Shown: piece by piece, positions 34,506-44,498 of the stretch
Numbering within the stretch: the stretch's first letter is position 1
How the letters are laid out: each line of letters opens with the position of its first letter
IMG/VR virus record: IMGVR_UViG_3300026068_000006
Span: 1-62,259 of that record
Direction: 5' to 3' (one strand)
Source: a virus
Taxonomy: Duplodnaviria; Caudoviricetes
Length of the DNA stretch: 62,259 nucleotides
The notes under the pieces: model-generated
Seen by the model: the letters and a program-made list of their open reading frames with translations, nothing else
Told to the model about the DNA's origin: nothing
Databases searched by the model: none
Position numbers and translations under genes: made by a program

Positions 34506-34673
34506 TTAAGGCTTATCGTTATTGATAAGCCATTCGATATATGCCGCCAGGCTCAGACTACGCCTGGCGGCATTTTTTTGCATTTTCAATATTGCTTCTT
34601 GGTCCAATCGAGTGGCCCATTGCTTTTTAACCCGATCCTTGGCCGCGTTTCTATTCCCTTTCGGTGCCGCCAT
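34506..34673 (-). CDS. Small RHH-like DNA-binding protein (55 aa), not in the ORF track
   Basis: RBS AAAGGA; MAAPKGNRNA...TRLDQEAILKMQKNAARRSLSLAAYIEWLI. Confidence 0.7.
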   Translation of the reverse strand: MAAPKGNRNAAKDRVKKQWATRLDQEAILKMQKNAARRSLSLAAYIEWLINNDKP

Positions 34674-34719
34674 CGTTTGTCCTTTCGAGCAGTTTTGTGA
34701 CTTGCTCAGGTCTGACGAA

Positions 34720-35229
34720 TTAGACTAATGCTTTTTGATCACCCTTTGCTTTTTGGTCACCTTGGTTATCGTATGATTTAGTTCCATAAGCTGATCTGAT
34801 ATCCTCGTAATTATACTTGCTGCGTCGCCGATACTTTGGGCCATTGTGCCAGGCCCAGCGCTGATGTTTTCGCGAAAATTGCATCTTTAGGATTTTGCCA
34901 AGCACATCTTTGTGCTGGTAGGTCTCGCCCCCAACCCATATCCAAGTACCGACCAATTCCAGTTCAATACCATCCAGGTGATGGCTCAGGATTTCGGCTA
35001 TCTTGTCTATAATGGCCTGTTCAACTTCTTGGTTGTAGACATAAGTGTGATCTTTTCCATCGCTACCTTTGCTGGTTTGACCGTTACACTGGGCCAAGGC
35101 TTCTTGGTATTCTGTATTAATTACTTGCATCGTGGCCGTCTCTCCGCCGATGTCAGGGTGATGGAGTTTGGCCAATCTATGATACTCTACTTTGATTTGT
35201 GCTACGGTATTAAATCTGTTAAAATACAT
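34720..35229 (-). CDS. J-domain (DnaJ-like) protein
   Basis: IKVEYHRLAKLHHPDIGG...MQVINTEY; C-terminal ELVGTWIWVGG domain. Confidence 0.85.
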   Translation of the reverse strand: MYFNRFNTVAQIKVEYHRLAKLHHPDIGGETATMQVINTEYQEALAQCNGQTSKGSDGKDHTYVYNQEVEQAIIDKIAEILSHHLDGIELELVGTWIWVGGETYQHKDVLGKILKMQFSRKHQRWAWHNGPKYRRRSKYNYEDIRSAYGTKSYDNQGDQKAKGDQKALV

Positions 35230-35293
35230 TATATCCTCTTTTTGTTTTGGATGATTGGCCCCCCTGCTTGGCGGTTTGGGGGGCCATCTTCAT

Positions 35294-35515
35294 TTAGATT
35301 TTGGTTTGTATGGCGATCTGCTTGTTTAGCCAGTTTATAGCGCCTTGGAAAGTTTTATACTCCTTGTTGCTATACGTGGTCAACTTGTGGCCTTTGCGTT
35401 CTGGGCGCTTGTGAAGATCGTGTTCGATCTGGCCTTTGAAGCCATTTTCGCTTTTCACTACTGCATAGGTCATCGTTCCGTATCTTGTTTCTAAAGTCTT
35501 GTGAATGTTAGTCAT
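35294..35515 (-). CDS. Hypothetical protein
   Basis: GAGAACAAG-ATG start context, as in the cassette genes. Confidence 0.7.
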   Translation of the reverse strand: MTNIHKTLETRYGTMTYAVVKSENGFKGQIEHDLHKRPERKGHKLTTYSNKEYKTFQGAINWLNKQIAIQTKI

Positions 35516-35538
35516 CTTGTTCTCGTGTTATAGATTAA

Positions 35539-35733
35539 CTACTTAACTTCTTTTCCATTTCTTCTCGTCCAAGCCGGGCAATTTTCTTGTCCGGGGTTGG
35601 TCGCTTGCCAGTTACAGTTCCAACAAAATCTTCCAAAAACTTCAGCCGCTTGCTTGGCCGCTTGCTGGGAGTTAAATGTTCGTGTTTCCCATTTTCCGTT
35701 CTTGGTTCTCTGAAAATTCGCTTCAAATTTCAT
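35539..35733 (-). CDS. Hypothetical protein
   Basis: AGGAGAACAAG-ATG downstream of a promoter. Confidence 0.7.
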   Translation of the reverse strand: MKFEANFQRTKNGKWETRTFNSQQAAKQAAEVFGRFCWNCNWQATNPGQENCPAWTRRNGKEVK

Positions 35734-35781
35734 CTTGTTCTCCTAAAGTCAATTTACTAAAATCAATTTATTCTTATAAGT

Positions 35782-35810
35782 ATTATAACTCATCTCTATT
35801 GTTTTGTCAA
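35782..35810 (-). promoter_or_regulatory. Sigma-70 consensus promoter (leftward)
   Basis: TTGACA-17-TATAAT on the minus strand. Confidence 0.85.
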
Positions 35811-35865
35811 TACAATTTAATATATTTAAGGTAATTCTAATATGGCGTTCTAAAATTAGAACGTA

Positions 35866-35894
35866 TTGACATATTATCCTGACGCGTTTATAAT
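35866..35894 (+). promoter_or_regulatory. Sigma-70 consensus promoter for the modification/packaging operon
   Basis: TTGACA-17-TATAAT. Palindrome CGTTCTAA-AA-TTAGAACG lies just upstream (35846-35863). Confidence 0.85.
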
Positions 35895-35934
35895 ATCAGT
35901 GAGGTAGTCGCATTAGTATAGGAGGATAGCGGCA

Positions 35935-36543
35935 ATGAACCTGAAGAACGTTGATCTTGATGAATTAAAGGATCATCCTGGCAATCCCAACAAGCACCCG
36001 CAGAACCAAATTGAAGAACTGATCAATAGTCTTGATAGGTTCGACCAAGTGAGAAATGTTGTGGTTTGGCAAGGTTTTATCTTGGCCGGGCACGGGTTGG
36101 TAATGGCCGCTCGTAACGCCGGCAGGCAATCATTACAGGCAGTTGACGTATCGGAGTGGGATGAGGAAAAAGCCGTCTCGTTTATGCTGGCCGATAACCA
36201 ATTGACTAATATGTCGTTTATCGATGATGAGATAATGCTTGAGACACTTAGGATGATTAACGAGCCACTTGATATACCGGGATTCGACGAAGACTTTTTA
36301 GCAGGACTGGGAGCGATTGAGGTGGACAATCCCCATGACGAGTGGAAAGGGATGCCTGAATTTAAACAAGAAGATTCCTTTGGAGCAATATTATCTATCA
36401 AAGTCCATTTTGCCACGGAAGAAGATATAGAAAACTTCGCGGCACTCATCGATCAGACTGTGACTACCAGCACGAAGTTTTTGTGGTATCCAAAACAGGA
36501 GAGAATGAAATTGAAGGAGTTGGGTTACATAAATGAACCCTGA
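35935..36543 (+). CDS. ParB/Srx-like N-terminal domain protein
   Basis: HPGNPNKH, ILAGHG, MLADN; C-terminal EWKGMPEF...WYP. Confidence 0.85.
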   Translation: MNLKNVDLDELKDHPGNPNKHPQNQIEELINSLDRFDQVRNVVVWQGFILAGHGLVMAARNAGRQSLQAVDVSEWDEEKAVSFMLADNQLTNMSFIDDEIMLETLRMINEPLDIPGFDEDFLAGLGAIEVDNPHDEWKGMPEFKQEDSFGAILSIKVHFATEEDIENFAALIDQTVTTSTKFLWYPKQERMKLKELGYINEP

Positions 36544-37357
36544 TTATCCGATATTCATCCCATCGAAGGGGCGCTTTGAAAATCCGTTAACTATAAAAGC
36601 ACTACAGAGGATGAATGTATCCTTTAAGGTTGTCATAGAGGAAAAGGAATTTTCAGATTACGCACAAGTGGTAAATTGTAACGATTTACTCATTTTGCCA
36701 TTTTCGGATGCGGGATTAGTGCCTGCGAGGAATTGGATATGGGACTATGCTGCATCTATGGGTACACCGTACTTTTGGACCTTTGACGATAATATTCGGG
36801 ATTTTTACAGGCTAAATAAAAATATAAAAGCCCGCGTCAAAGATGGGACAATCCTCAAAATCATAGAAGATTTTGTATCTCGTTATACCAATCTTTACAT
36901 TGCCGGGATGCATTACGAATTGTTCGTGCCGAGAAAGTCAAAACATCCTCCCTTTAACCTGAATTCCAGGGTCTATTCTAACATGCTTATACGCACCAAC
37001 ATTCCCTATCGGAATCGTGGCGTGTATAACGATGATACTGATTTGTGCTTACGTATCCTCAAGGATGGGTTTTGCACTGTACTTTTTAACGCATTTCTTG
37101 TCGACAAAATAGAGACCATGCAAATTAAAGGCGGTAATACCCCCATTTATCAGGGTGACGGGCGTCTTAAAATGGCTCAGTCATTACAGAGACAGCACCC
37201 GGACGTTGTTAAAATAACTTGGAAGTTCGGGAAATGGCAACACCAAGTGGACTATAGACCATTCAAAAATAACAGGCTGAAGCGCAAAAGGGATGTGGTA
37301 ATACCAGATCAGCCTGATGAGTACGGGCTGAAATTGGTTAAGGTTGATAATCATTAG
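36533..37357 (+). CDS. TET-associated (GREB1-like) glycosyltransferase
   Basis: YPIFIPSKGR, ARNWIWD, FWTFDDNI, YNDDTDLCL, KGGNT. Confidence 0.75.
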   Translation: MNPDYPIFIPSKGRFENPLTIKALQRMNVSFKVVIEEKEFSDYAQVVNCNDLLILPFSDAGLVPARNWIWDYAASMGTPYFWTFDDNIRDFYRLNKNIKARVKDGTILKIIEDFVSRYTNLYIAGMHYELFVPRKSKHPPFNLNSRVYSNMLIRTNIPYRNRGVYNDDTDLCLRILKDGFCTVLFNAFLVDKIETMQIKGGNTPIYQGDGRLKMAQSLQRQHPDVVKITWKFGKWQHQVDYRPFKNNRLKRKRDVVIPDQPDEYGLKLVKVDNH

Positions 37358-37378
37358 ATCGGGCTTGGGAGATAATAC

Positions 37379-38689
37379 ATGACAGACGCAAAAATCAAAA
37401 TTGGCAAACTCAGTATATTTCGATCCCAGGCTGCCAATGCCAATGGACACACCGAACGCGGCTTAGGCGAGCTATCCAAAGCGTTCAGCGAGGTTGGTTA
37501 TGTCGCTCCAATGACATCGGCTGCCAATGGAGAGATGCTGGACGGTAGTGCCCGATTGGAGACCGCCAGTACTCAATTTGCGGATGAGGCGTTAGTTATT
37601 CATCACGACGGCAAGCGGCCAATTGTGATGGTCAGGGATGATATTCCCGATGCTGACAGTCCGATTGCCAAGCGTATCAGTTACGGCGCTAATAGGATAT
37701 TCGAGCTTGATCTAAATTGGACTCCCGAACAGGTGGCGGCTGATCTGGCGGCCGGCGTAAATTTTGATGGATTATTTACGGCTGACGAACAGGCTGAGAT
37801 ATTAGGCAAAATTGAACAGCCAAAGCAAGAGGATGTCGAACCGCAGATTGATCGAGTGGAGGAGTTGCGCCAAGAGTGGGGCACGGAGTTAGGTCAACTA
37901 TGGGCCTTGGGTGATCATCGGTTAATCTGTGGCGATTGTACGGACAAGGCAGTGGCCGAAAGGGTGATGGGGGGAGAGTTGGCAGATTTAGGAGTAACAT
38001 CTCCACCCTATGCCATTGGGAAAGAATACGAGATTGGAGTTTCGTTTGACGATCATTTGAAGTTATTAAGAGGCATGGCAGATAGATCGTTAGATACTAT
38101 TAAGCCTGGTGGATTTTTCTTTGTAAATTTCGATGAGATTGCGCCACAATCTCACACTAAACCATTGACGGGTAGCAATAGACAATGTATATATCCTATT
38201 TCCAGAGACTATTGGCAGATTTTTCACGTAGAGCGAAAAATGGATTTATACGCTCAAAGAATTTGGTACAAACCATTCAACAGATTAAGACAGCCATTTT
38301 GGACTTATCATACCAGTATCCCGCATCATCAAGAATGGGAACATATTTGGACGTGGAGGTTACCCGGTGGCGATTCGGACAAAGTTTGTGATTGGGATAT
38401 TAGCGTAAGAGCCGTATGGGATACTAGGGACGAATCTACTGATGACAAACCGCTAACAAGGCATATTGCCGCTTTTCCGGTAGGCATACCGGAAAGGGCT
38501 ATAAAGGCTCATTCTCAATTGACTGATATAGTGTGGGACCCCTTTCTCGGCTCAGGGACGACTCTAATCGCTTGTCAACAGTTAGGCCGTCGTTGCCGGG
38601 GGATCGAGATAGACCCAAGCTATGTAGCGGTCACGTTGCAACGCTATTTTGATATGACCGGCGATAGGCCGCAGTTAAGTAACTTGTAA
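37379..38689 (+). CDS. ParB-like domain fused to an N4/N6 DNA methyltransferase
   Basis: LDGSARL; WALGDHRLICGD; TSPPY; DPFLGSGTT. Confidence 0.88.
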   Translation: MTDAKIKIGKLSIFRSQAANANGHTERGLGELSKAFSEVGYVAPMTSAANGEMLDGSARLETASTQFADEALVIHHDGKRPIVMVRDDIPDADSPIAKRISYGANRIFELDLNWTPEQVAADLAAGVNFDGLFTADEQAEILGKIEQPKQEDVEPQIDRVEELRQEWGTELGQLWALGDHRLICGDCTDKAVAERVMGGELADLGVTSPPYAIGKEYEIGVSFDDHLKLLRGMADRSLDTIKPGGFFFVNFDEIAPQSHTKPLTGSNRQCIYPISRDYWQIFHVERKMDLYAQRIWYKPFNRLRQPFWTYHTSIPHHQEWEHIWTWRLPGGDSDKVCDWDISVRAVWDTRDESTDDKPLTRHIAAFPVGIPERAIKAHSQLTDIVWDPFLGSGTTLIACQQLGRRCRGIEIDPSYVAVTLQRYFDMTGDRPQLSNL

Positions 38690-38701
38690 CATAGGATTTG
38701 T

Positions 38702-39241
38702 ATGAGCAAAACAGGCGGCCCTACCCGCACCAAAATCCAAAGAGAATATGATCTTGAAGAAGTATCCGCACTCTACCTGCAAGGTTGGGTACAGGTCCGC
38801 ATTGCCGAACATATCAATAAAATCCGTAACTACGATATTACCCAACAGACTGTTAGCCGCGACCTTAAGACTATCCAAGAGCGTTGGTTTGCCTCATCGC
38901 TCCGAAACTTTGACGAGGCCAAAGCCCAAGAGATTGCTAAAGTGGACCATCTCGAACTGGTGGCCTGGGAAGCGTATCAGTCATCCATTAAGCCGATTAT
39001 CAAACAAAAAATATCCAAAAAAGTAGACGGTCAAACTACCGAGGCCACTCAGGAGGCGTATCGCGGTTACGGTGATGTCCGCTTTTTGGAGATGGTCTAC
39101 AAGTGTATTGACCGACGTTGTAAGCTGCTTGGACTGGACGCTCCGGTACGGCAGGACGTAGACATAACCAGCGGCGGTAACACACTGGGCGAATCGCTCG
39201 AAAGGTTGATTGCCAAATCTTATGGCCATAACTCAAATTGA
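38702..39241 (+). CDS. terS: Terminase small subunit
   Basis: HTH N-terminus; IDRRCKLLGLDAP; VDITSGG; directly upstream of terL. Confidence 0.75.
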   Translation: MSKTGGPTRTKIQREYDLEEVSALYLQGWVQVRIAEHINKIRNYDITQQTVSRDLKTIQERWFASSLRNFDEAKAQEIAKVDHLELVAWEAYQSSIKPIIKQKISKKVDGQTTEATQEAYRGYGDVRFLEMVYKCIDRRCKLLGLDAPVRQDVDITSGGNTLGESLERLIAKSYGHNSN

Positions 39242-40607
39242 CGCCTATCAAAATTGCATAAATCTGGCTGTCAAAATCGGTATAGAAGAAGATCAGCTAA
39301 GGCGCTTCTTGATGGCCGGCTATGTTCCTCAGCCAAGGCAAATGGAATTTCACGCCTTGGCCCGGCAAGCCGATAATCTTGATGGGCCAGATCGAATTGG
39401 CTATGGCGGCACGCGTGGACAAGCTAAATCGCATGCTGTTTTGGCGCAGGCAATTATAGATGATATGCAAAGGCGTGATGGGCTAAAAGGTCTCTACCTT
39501 CGCAAAATTCAAAAGCGGGCCAGAGAATCCTTTGAGGATTTACGGCGCAAGATTCTGGCCTATACATCACATAGGATGACGCAAGGATTGCTTAAACTTC
39601 CTAATGGCTCATTCATCGTGTTGGGCGGTTTCCACAGCGAGGCCGAGATTGATAGCTATCTGGGCCTTGAGTATGATTTTGCCATATTGGAGGACGCCAC
39701 GGTTTTAAGCAGGACAAAATATGATGCTATCCGTGGCAGTGTGCGTTCTTCCAGAGACGATTGGCGGCCTCGTCTTTATGCTCCGGCTAACCCTGGTGGT
39801 GTTGGGCACGGCTGGTACACTGACGAGTTTACCAAAGACAAGTCAGACCAAACCGCTTTTGTCCACACTCAAATGGGCGACAATGTTTTTATCAATCCAG
39901 AATATGAGGATTACCTTAATGGGTTGACCGGCTTTTTGCGCAAAGCCTGGCGTGATGGAGATTTTTCAATCTCGGCCGGCCAGTTCTTTACCTCGTTCTC
40001 GGAGGACACACACGTTATCGAACCGTTCCCCATCCCGGCTGACTGGGAACTAATAGGCGCGCTAGATCATGGTAACGCTCACCCCACAGCCGCTTACATT
40101 ATGGCCAAATCCAATGATGGGACAATTTACATTATAGCCGAACACGTAGCCGGTAGAACACCTATCGCAGTCCATGCTCAAGCGATTAAACAGATGTTGA
40201 CCAGTATGCCGGGCGGTCCATTTGCCGTCTCTCATCTACGCTCGTTTGTAGCCGGCGGTGATGTATTTGCCGAAACGCGCAAAGACGGCGGGACGGTGGC
40301 CAAGGATTATCAACACGAGGGGATTAACTTGAGAATGGCTAACAGTGCCAGAGTACAAGGTGCGCAAGAGTGGCAAAAACGCTTGGGCGATTCGAGATTT
40401 GACATTGAGCCAACGTTATTTATTTTTAACACTTGCGCCAGACTGGTAGAATGTATACCAGATATGCAGCACGATCCAAGACGGCAAGAGGATGTGCTTA
40501 AGGTAGATGCTGACATAAATGGCGATGGTGGCGATGACTGTTATGACGCTACACGCTATGGACTAATGGAATTTGCCAAACCGATGGGATGGGTAAGGGG
40601 TAGATGA
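39222..40607 (+). CDS. terL: Terminase large subunit
   Basis: GYGGTRGQAKS, ILEDAT, ANPGGVGHGW, ALDHGNAHPT, DDCYDATRY. Confidence 0.9.
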   Translation: MAITQIDAYQNCINLAVKIGIEEDQLRRFLMAGYVPQPRQMEFHALARQADNLDGPDRIGYGGTRGQAKSHAVLAQAIIDDMQRRDGLKGLYLRKIQKRARESFEDLRRKILAYTSHRMTQGLLKLPNGSFIVLGGFHSEAEIDSYLGLEYDFAILEDATVLSRTKYDAIRGSVRSSRDDWRPRLYAPANPGGVGHGWYTDEFTKDKSDQTAFVHTQMGDNVFINPEYEDYLNGLTGFLRKAWRDGDFSISAGQFFTSFSEDTHVIEPFPIPADWELIGALDHGNAHPTAAYIMAKSNDGTIYIIAEHVAGRTPIAVHAQAIKQMLTSMPGGPFAVSHLRSFVAGGDVFAETRKDGGTVAKDYQHEGINLRMANSARVQGAQEWQKRLGDSRFDIEPTLFIFNTCARLVECIPDMQHDPRRQEDVLKVDADINGDGGDDCYDATRYGLMEFAKPMGWVRGR

Positions 40608-42199
40608 TGAGACAAGTAAAATCACTTGAGACGGCGGAGCAGGAGATTGAACGTCAAAATGGTGTTATCCAATCCAAGCAACCGCGGCTTAATGATACAT
40701 CACCAGATCAATTTTATATGTCCGTGATGCGATTCGCAAAACTCAGTTATATGGATCAGCCAGAGTACAAAAGTGATAGCCGAACTCGTGATAGGTGGCT
40801 AAGTAACATTTGGCGGCAAGAGCCAAACTTGGCCGGGGTGTTAAACAGTGTGGTAGCGATTGATAAAAATCGAGGCTGGTCATTGATTGGCGGCCGAAAT
40901 ATGGTCAGACGCTATACCGATGTTTTGCACAACGCAGAGGATGGTGCGGGCTATCGAGCATTTACGTCTCTGGAAGCGCAATCGTTTTATAGTACCGATA
41001 TAGGAGGCATAGCCGAGGTAGGCAGGGAAGGTATTGATGGTCCGATGCAAGCGCTGTGGTATGTTGACCCAACGCGCTGTGTCCTATCGGGTAATTCCGA
41101 ATATCCGCTTACCTATTACCCAAATCGCGGCAAGCGGCAAAAATGGCAAGCGAGTGATTACTTTCGCACATCGTCCTTACGCTCTATAGATGAGGCTTAT
41201 AACCAACTTGGTTTTTGTGCGATCAGTCGGGCAGTGGCGTTAGTACAGACATTGATTGCCGTCTATGAGTACGACCAGGAGCAATTGGGGGCCAGAGCGC
41301 CACAGGGGTTGTTGCTCTTGCATGGCATACAACAAGAGCAATGGGATCAGGCAATGCGGTCGCGTGAAGCTGACCTTACCGCCAAGGAGCGACTATACTA
41401 TGGCGGCGTAGAGGTATTGGCCTCGATGGGGACCGAAAAAGTGGAGGCCAATCTCGTGGCGCTATCCAGTTTGCCGGCAAATTTTAACCGGCGTGAGTTT
41501 GTTGATCTGATAATGTTTGGCTATGCCCTCTGTTTCGGTTATGACCCCACCGAATTTTGGCCGGTACAATTTGGCGCGCTGGGACGCGGACGCGAGTCTG
41601 AAGTGCAGCACGATAAAGCTACCGGCAAAGGCGGCAAAGATTTTAGCCTGGCGTATCAGGAGAACTTACAAAAGGAATTACCGGCTACAATCCATTTTGA
41701 ATTTGACGAACGCGATGACGTTGCAGAACTAACCGCGGCTGAGGTGGCATTAGCTAAAGAGACCGTTATTACCGGGATGTATGAGAGCGGGCTGCAATAC
41801 GGTCAGCCTCTCATCAGCCGAGATGAGGCGCGGTCATTATTGGCCGAGGCGAATTTAATCCCCCGTGAATGGACATTGGTCGAAGAGGAGAGCGAGGCCA
41901 CTGATATGGAGGCGGTCAGGGAACGAGCCAGGGGATTATTGGAAATCCAACGACTGGCCTATAAACATCCAAGAGAGTCTATTGTTATTTACGACTGGCC
42001 CAAATGCCAGCAAAGGGTTTTGTGGCATCGGGCGGAGGATATGCTTATGCGTAGTGTATGGCCCGTCAAGCGACAGGCAAAGGTATTATACGAAGATGAG
42101 GACAGTGACATTATCATTACCGAAGAGGATGTTGACGCCGCCATAGAAAACGCAGACGAGGAACTTAAGCCGTTTCTCGATGCGAAAGAAATTGAATGA
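40604..42199 (+). CDS. Portal protein
   Basis: 531 aa, directly after terL; PQGLL, FGYDPTEF, ISRDEARSLL. Confidence 0.75.
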   Translation: MMRQVKSLETAEQEIERQNGVIQSKQPRLNDTSPDQFYMSVMRFAKLSYMDQPEYKSDSRTRDRWLSNIWRQEPNLAGVLNSVVAIDKNRGWSLIGGRNMVRRYTDVLHNAEDGAGYRAFTSLEAQSFYSTDIGGIAEVGREGIDGPMQALWYVDPTRCVLSGNSEYPLTYYPNRGKRQKWQASDYFRTSSLRSIDEAYNQLGFCAISRAVALVQTLIAVYEYDQEQLGARAPQGLLLLHGIQQEQWDQAMRSREADLTAKERLYYGGVEVLASMGTEKVEANLVALSSLPANFNRREFVDLIMFGYALCFGYDPTEFWPVQFGALGRGRESEVQHDKATGKGGKDFSLAYQENLQKELPATIHFEFDERDDVAELTAAEVALAKETVITGMYESGLQYGQPLISRDEARSLLAEANLIPREWTLVEEESEATDMEAVRERARGLLEIQRLAYKHPRESIVIYDWPKCQQRVLWHRAEDMLMRSVWPVKRQAKVLYEDEDSDIIITEEDVDAAIENADEELKPFLDAKEIE

Positions 42200-42341
42200 T
42201 AATTACCAAGAAAATTTACAACGATGAAGGCCGGCTTATCTCCGAAGTGGCCGCCTGTGATTGTGGGCCAATTTGGACTTGGACAGATTTAATTGTAGGC
42301 GTACTGGGAGCGTTTATATTTTTCGCTCTGACGGCAAACTG

Positions 42342-42959
42342 ATGAATCATAGATTACAAGTGGGCGGTTTATGGGACGAGATTGGCAAACTCCAATTTGA
42401 TTTTATGATCAAGCAAGGTCTTAAGCCGCACCATAAATTACTTGACATAGGTTGTGGTTGCTTGCGAGGCGGCATACGTTTTATCGAATACCTTGACGAA
42501 GGCAATTATTACGGTATCGACAAAGATGCTGATTTACTCAAGGCCGGCAAGATGGAGGCGAAAGCGGCCAACATAGGACACAAGTTGTTTTACCTTGAGC
42601 TGGATAGCGGCTTTGAGTTCGATAGACTTGGGGTCACTTTTGACTTTGCTATAGCGCAATCGGTTTTTACGCATCTCAGCCTAAACGAAATATTGTTATG
42701 TTTAATCAATCTGGAAAGAGTTTTAGACGGTGTATTATATGCCACTTTTTTTAATTGCCGTGATCTTGCGGCTTATGGCACGACCGTAAGTCATCTCTCA
42801 AGTGATAATCAAACTGTAAATACACAGGCGTTCGGGCGGTCAACGCACTACACGTTTGAGATGTTGGATCAGGTGGCGCGGTGGGCAAATATGAAAGTTA
42901 AATATATAGGCGGTTGGGGTCATCCTCGCAGGCAAGAGATGGTAGCATTTTACAAATGA
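42342..42959 (+). CDS. Class I SAM-dependent methyltransferase
   Basis: LLDIGCGCLRGG, YYGID, FDFAIAQSVFTHL. Confidence 0.88.
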   Translation: MNHRLQVGGLWDEIGKLQFDFMIKQGLKPHHKLLDIGCGCLRGGIRFIEYLDEGNYYGIDKDADLLKAGKMEAKAANIGHKLFYLELDSGFEFDRLGVTFDFAIAQSVFTHLSLNEILLCLINLERVLDGVLYATFFNCRDLAAYGTTVSHLSSDNQTVNTQAFGRSTHYTFEMLDQVARWANMKVKYIGGWGHPRRQEMVAFYK

Positions 42960-43591
42960 TTGTTATTATCCTTGGTATGCATCGCTCCGGCACGTCTATG
43001 CTATCCTCTATTATACATACGTTTGGTATCAGCATGGGGCCTGCCATTGATCTTAAGCGCAATAATCCGCAGTCACAACCATTGGGCTATTGGGAAGATC
43101 AGGGCTTTGTGTCGCTCAACACTCAGATTATTAAGGCGGCCGGTGGTGATTGGTATAACCCGCCAGGCCGCATAAAAATACTAACAGCCTCTATAGGCTA
43201 CCGCGATCAAATCAGTGAGCTTATCGAGCGGCGCAACGAGGCAAGCAATTGGGGGTGGAAAGACCCGCGCAATTGTCTATGTATCGAGTGTTATCAATAC
43301 GCGCTTAATCCGTTGCCCGATGTACGTTATGTCCAGATTGTCAGACGCAAAGAATCAATTATCGATTCTCTCATCAGGCGCGGGGATAGGGCCAGGAATT
43401 GGCCCAAGATAATTGATGAGTATGAGCGCAGAGTAAGGGATTTTTTTAATCGCTATCAGGTCGGTCGATACATTGTCAGCTACGAGGACGTGCTAAAACA
43501 TCCTGATTATGAGATGCGGCGACTTGGTATATTTTTGGATATACACGATCCGGATTTGATAAATGCGGCAATCAGGAGGATTAAACCTTAA
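42956..43591 (+). CDS. Sulfotransferase family protein
   Basis: PAPS-loop ILGMHRSGTS; GYWED; WGWKDPR; VSYEDVL. Confidence 0.88.
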   Translation: MIVIILGMHRSGTSMLSSIIHTFGISMGPAIDLKRNNPQSQPLGYWEDQGFVSLNTQIIKAAGGDWYNPPGRIKILTASIGYRDQISELIERRNEASNWGWKDPRNCLCIECYQYALNPLPDVRYVQIVRRKESIIDSLIRRGDRARNWPKIIDEYERRVRDFFNRYQVGRYIVSYEDVLKHPDYEMRRLGIFLDIHDPDLINAAIRRIKP

Positions 43592-44220
43592 TGCCTTGGT
43601 TTTGGAACAAGACGGCTAAACGCTATTATAATTCTGACAATGGTCAATTCCTGTCATTCGGCCGGGCGCTCGATCTGGTTGATCAATCATTGGCGGCTAG
43701 TGGTAATCGGTCAACGCGATTGGCGGAACTGGTAGGCAATAATGAGATAGCGCCTATCGACTGGCGCAATCGATTCCGGCAAGAGCTAAAAGAAGAATAT
43801 ATTAGACAATCAATCTTTGGGCGCGGTGGACGCGACAGGATGACGCAATCCGATTGGGGGCGGGTTGGCCGACAACTAAAAGATCAATATGCGCTATTAG
43901 ATAATATTGCCGCCCGAATAGCCGAGGGAGAATTTAGCGAGGCTCAGATTGCGGTTATCCAGCGGGATTTTATCAACAGCGCCCGACAAAGCTACGAGCA
44001 ATCCAAGGCGGTTAGTCAGGATGTGCCATACGGACAATTGCCGGCAATGCCCGGAGATGGAACGACGGAATGTGTGTCCGGATGCAAGTGTTCGTGGCGA
44101 TTTGAGTTTACTACAACCGAGGTGTTGGCCTACTGGGGTTTGGAGAGCGGTGCCAAACATTGCAATACATGTCTTGAGCGAGCCAGAGAATGGAATCCAT
44201 ACAGGATATTACGAGGGTGA
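43591..44220 (+). CDS. Head morphogenesis / minor capsid-like protein
   Basis: PAMPGDGTTECVSGCKC and AKHCNTC; position in the head module. Confidence 0.55.
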   Translation: MPWFWNKTAKRYYNSDNGQFLSFGRALDLVDQSLAASGNRSTRLAELVGNNEIAPIDWRNRFRQELKEEYIRQSIFGRGGRDRMTQSDWGRVGRQLKDQYALLDNIAARIAEGEFSEAQIAVIQRDFINSARQSYEQSKAVSQDVPYGQLPAMPGDGTTECVSGCKCSWRFEFTTTEVLAYWGLESGAKHCNTCLERAREWNPYRILRG

Positions 44221-44386
44221 AAATGGTAGTCAAAGAGACCGTTAAACAACCGATGTTGTTGACCAAAGAGGAGATAAAACTTATCGAGCGACTTAGGCAA
44301 TTGTGTCGTCGCTCAAAGGGTTGCTTGGTTATCGTAGAGCCAAGTCATCATCTATCCTGGTATGTGACAAACGACAAAGAATCTAG

Positions 44387-44415
44387 TTGACTATTGTTTT
44401 ATTATTATGTATAAT
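44387..44415 (+). promoter_or_regulatory. Promoter upstream of the capsid genes
   Basis: TTGACT-17-TATAAT. Confidence 0.75.
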
Positions 44416-44445
44416 TGTTATTAAATATATCCGGTGAAACATTTG

Positions 44446-44485
44446 AAACACTGGCCTTTTTAGATAAAGGCCAGTGTTTTTTATT
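44446..44485 (+). terminator. Terminator-like hairpin between the promoter and the first capsid gene
   Basis: AAACACTGGCCTTT / AAAGGCCAGTGTTT followed by TTTATT. Confidence 0.75.
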
Positions 44486-44498
44486 CGGGGAGACACAG

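Noticed and set aside
34522-34728. Plus-strand 68-aa ORF in the track
   Set aside because: Antisense to the better-supported RHH gene at 34506-34673.
35535-35726. Alternative overlapping minus-strand ORF
   Set aside because: 35539..35733 has the ATG with the genome's typical AGGAGAACAAG context.
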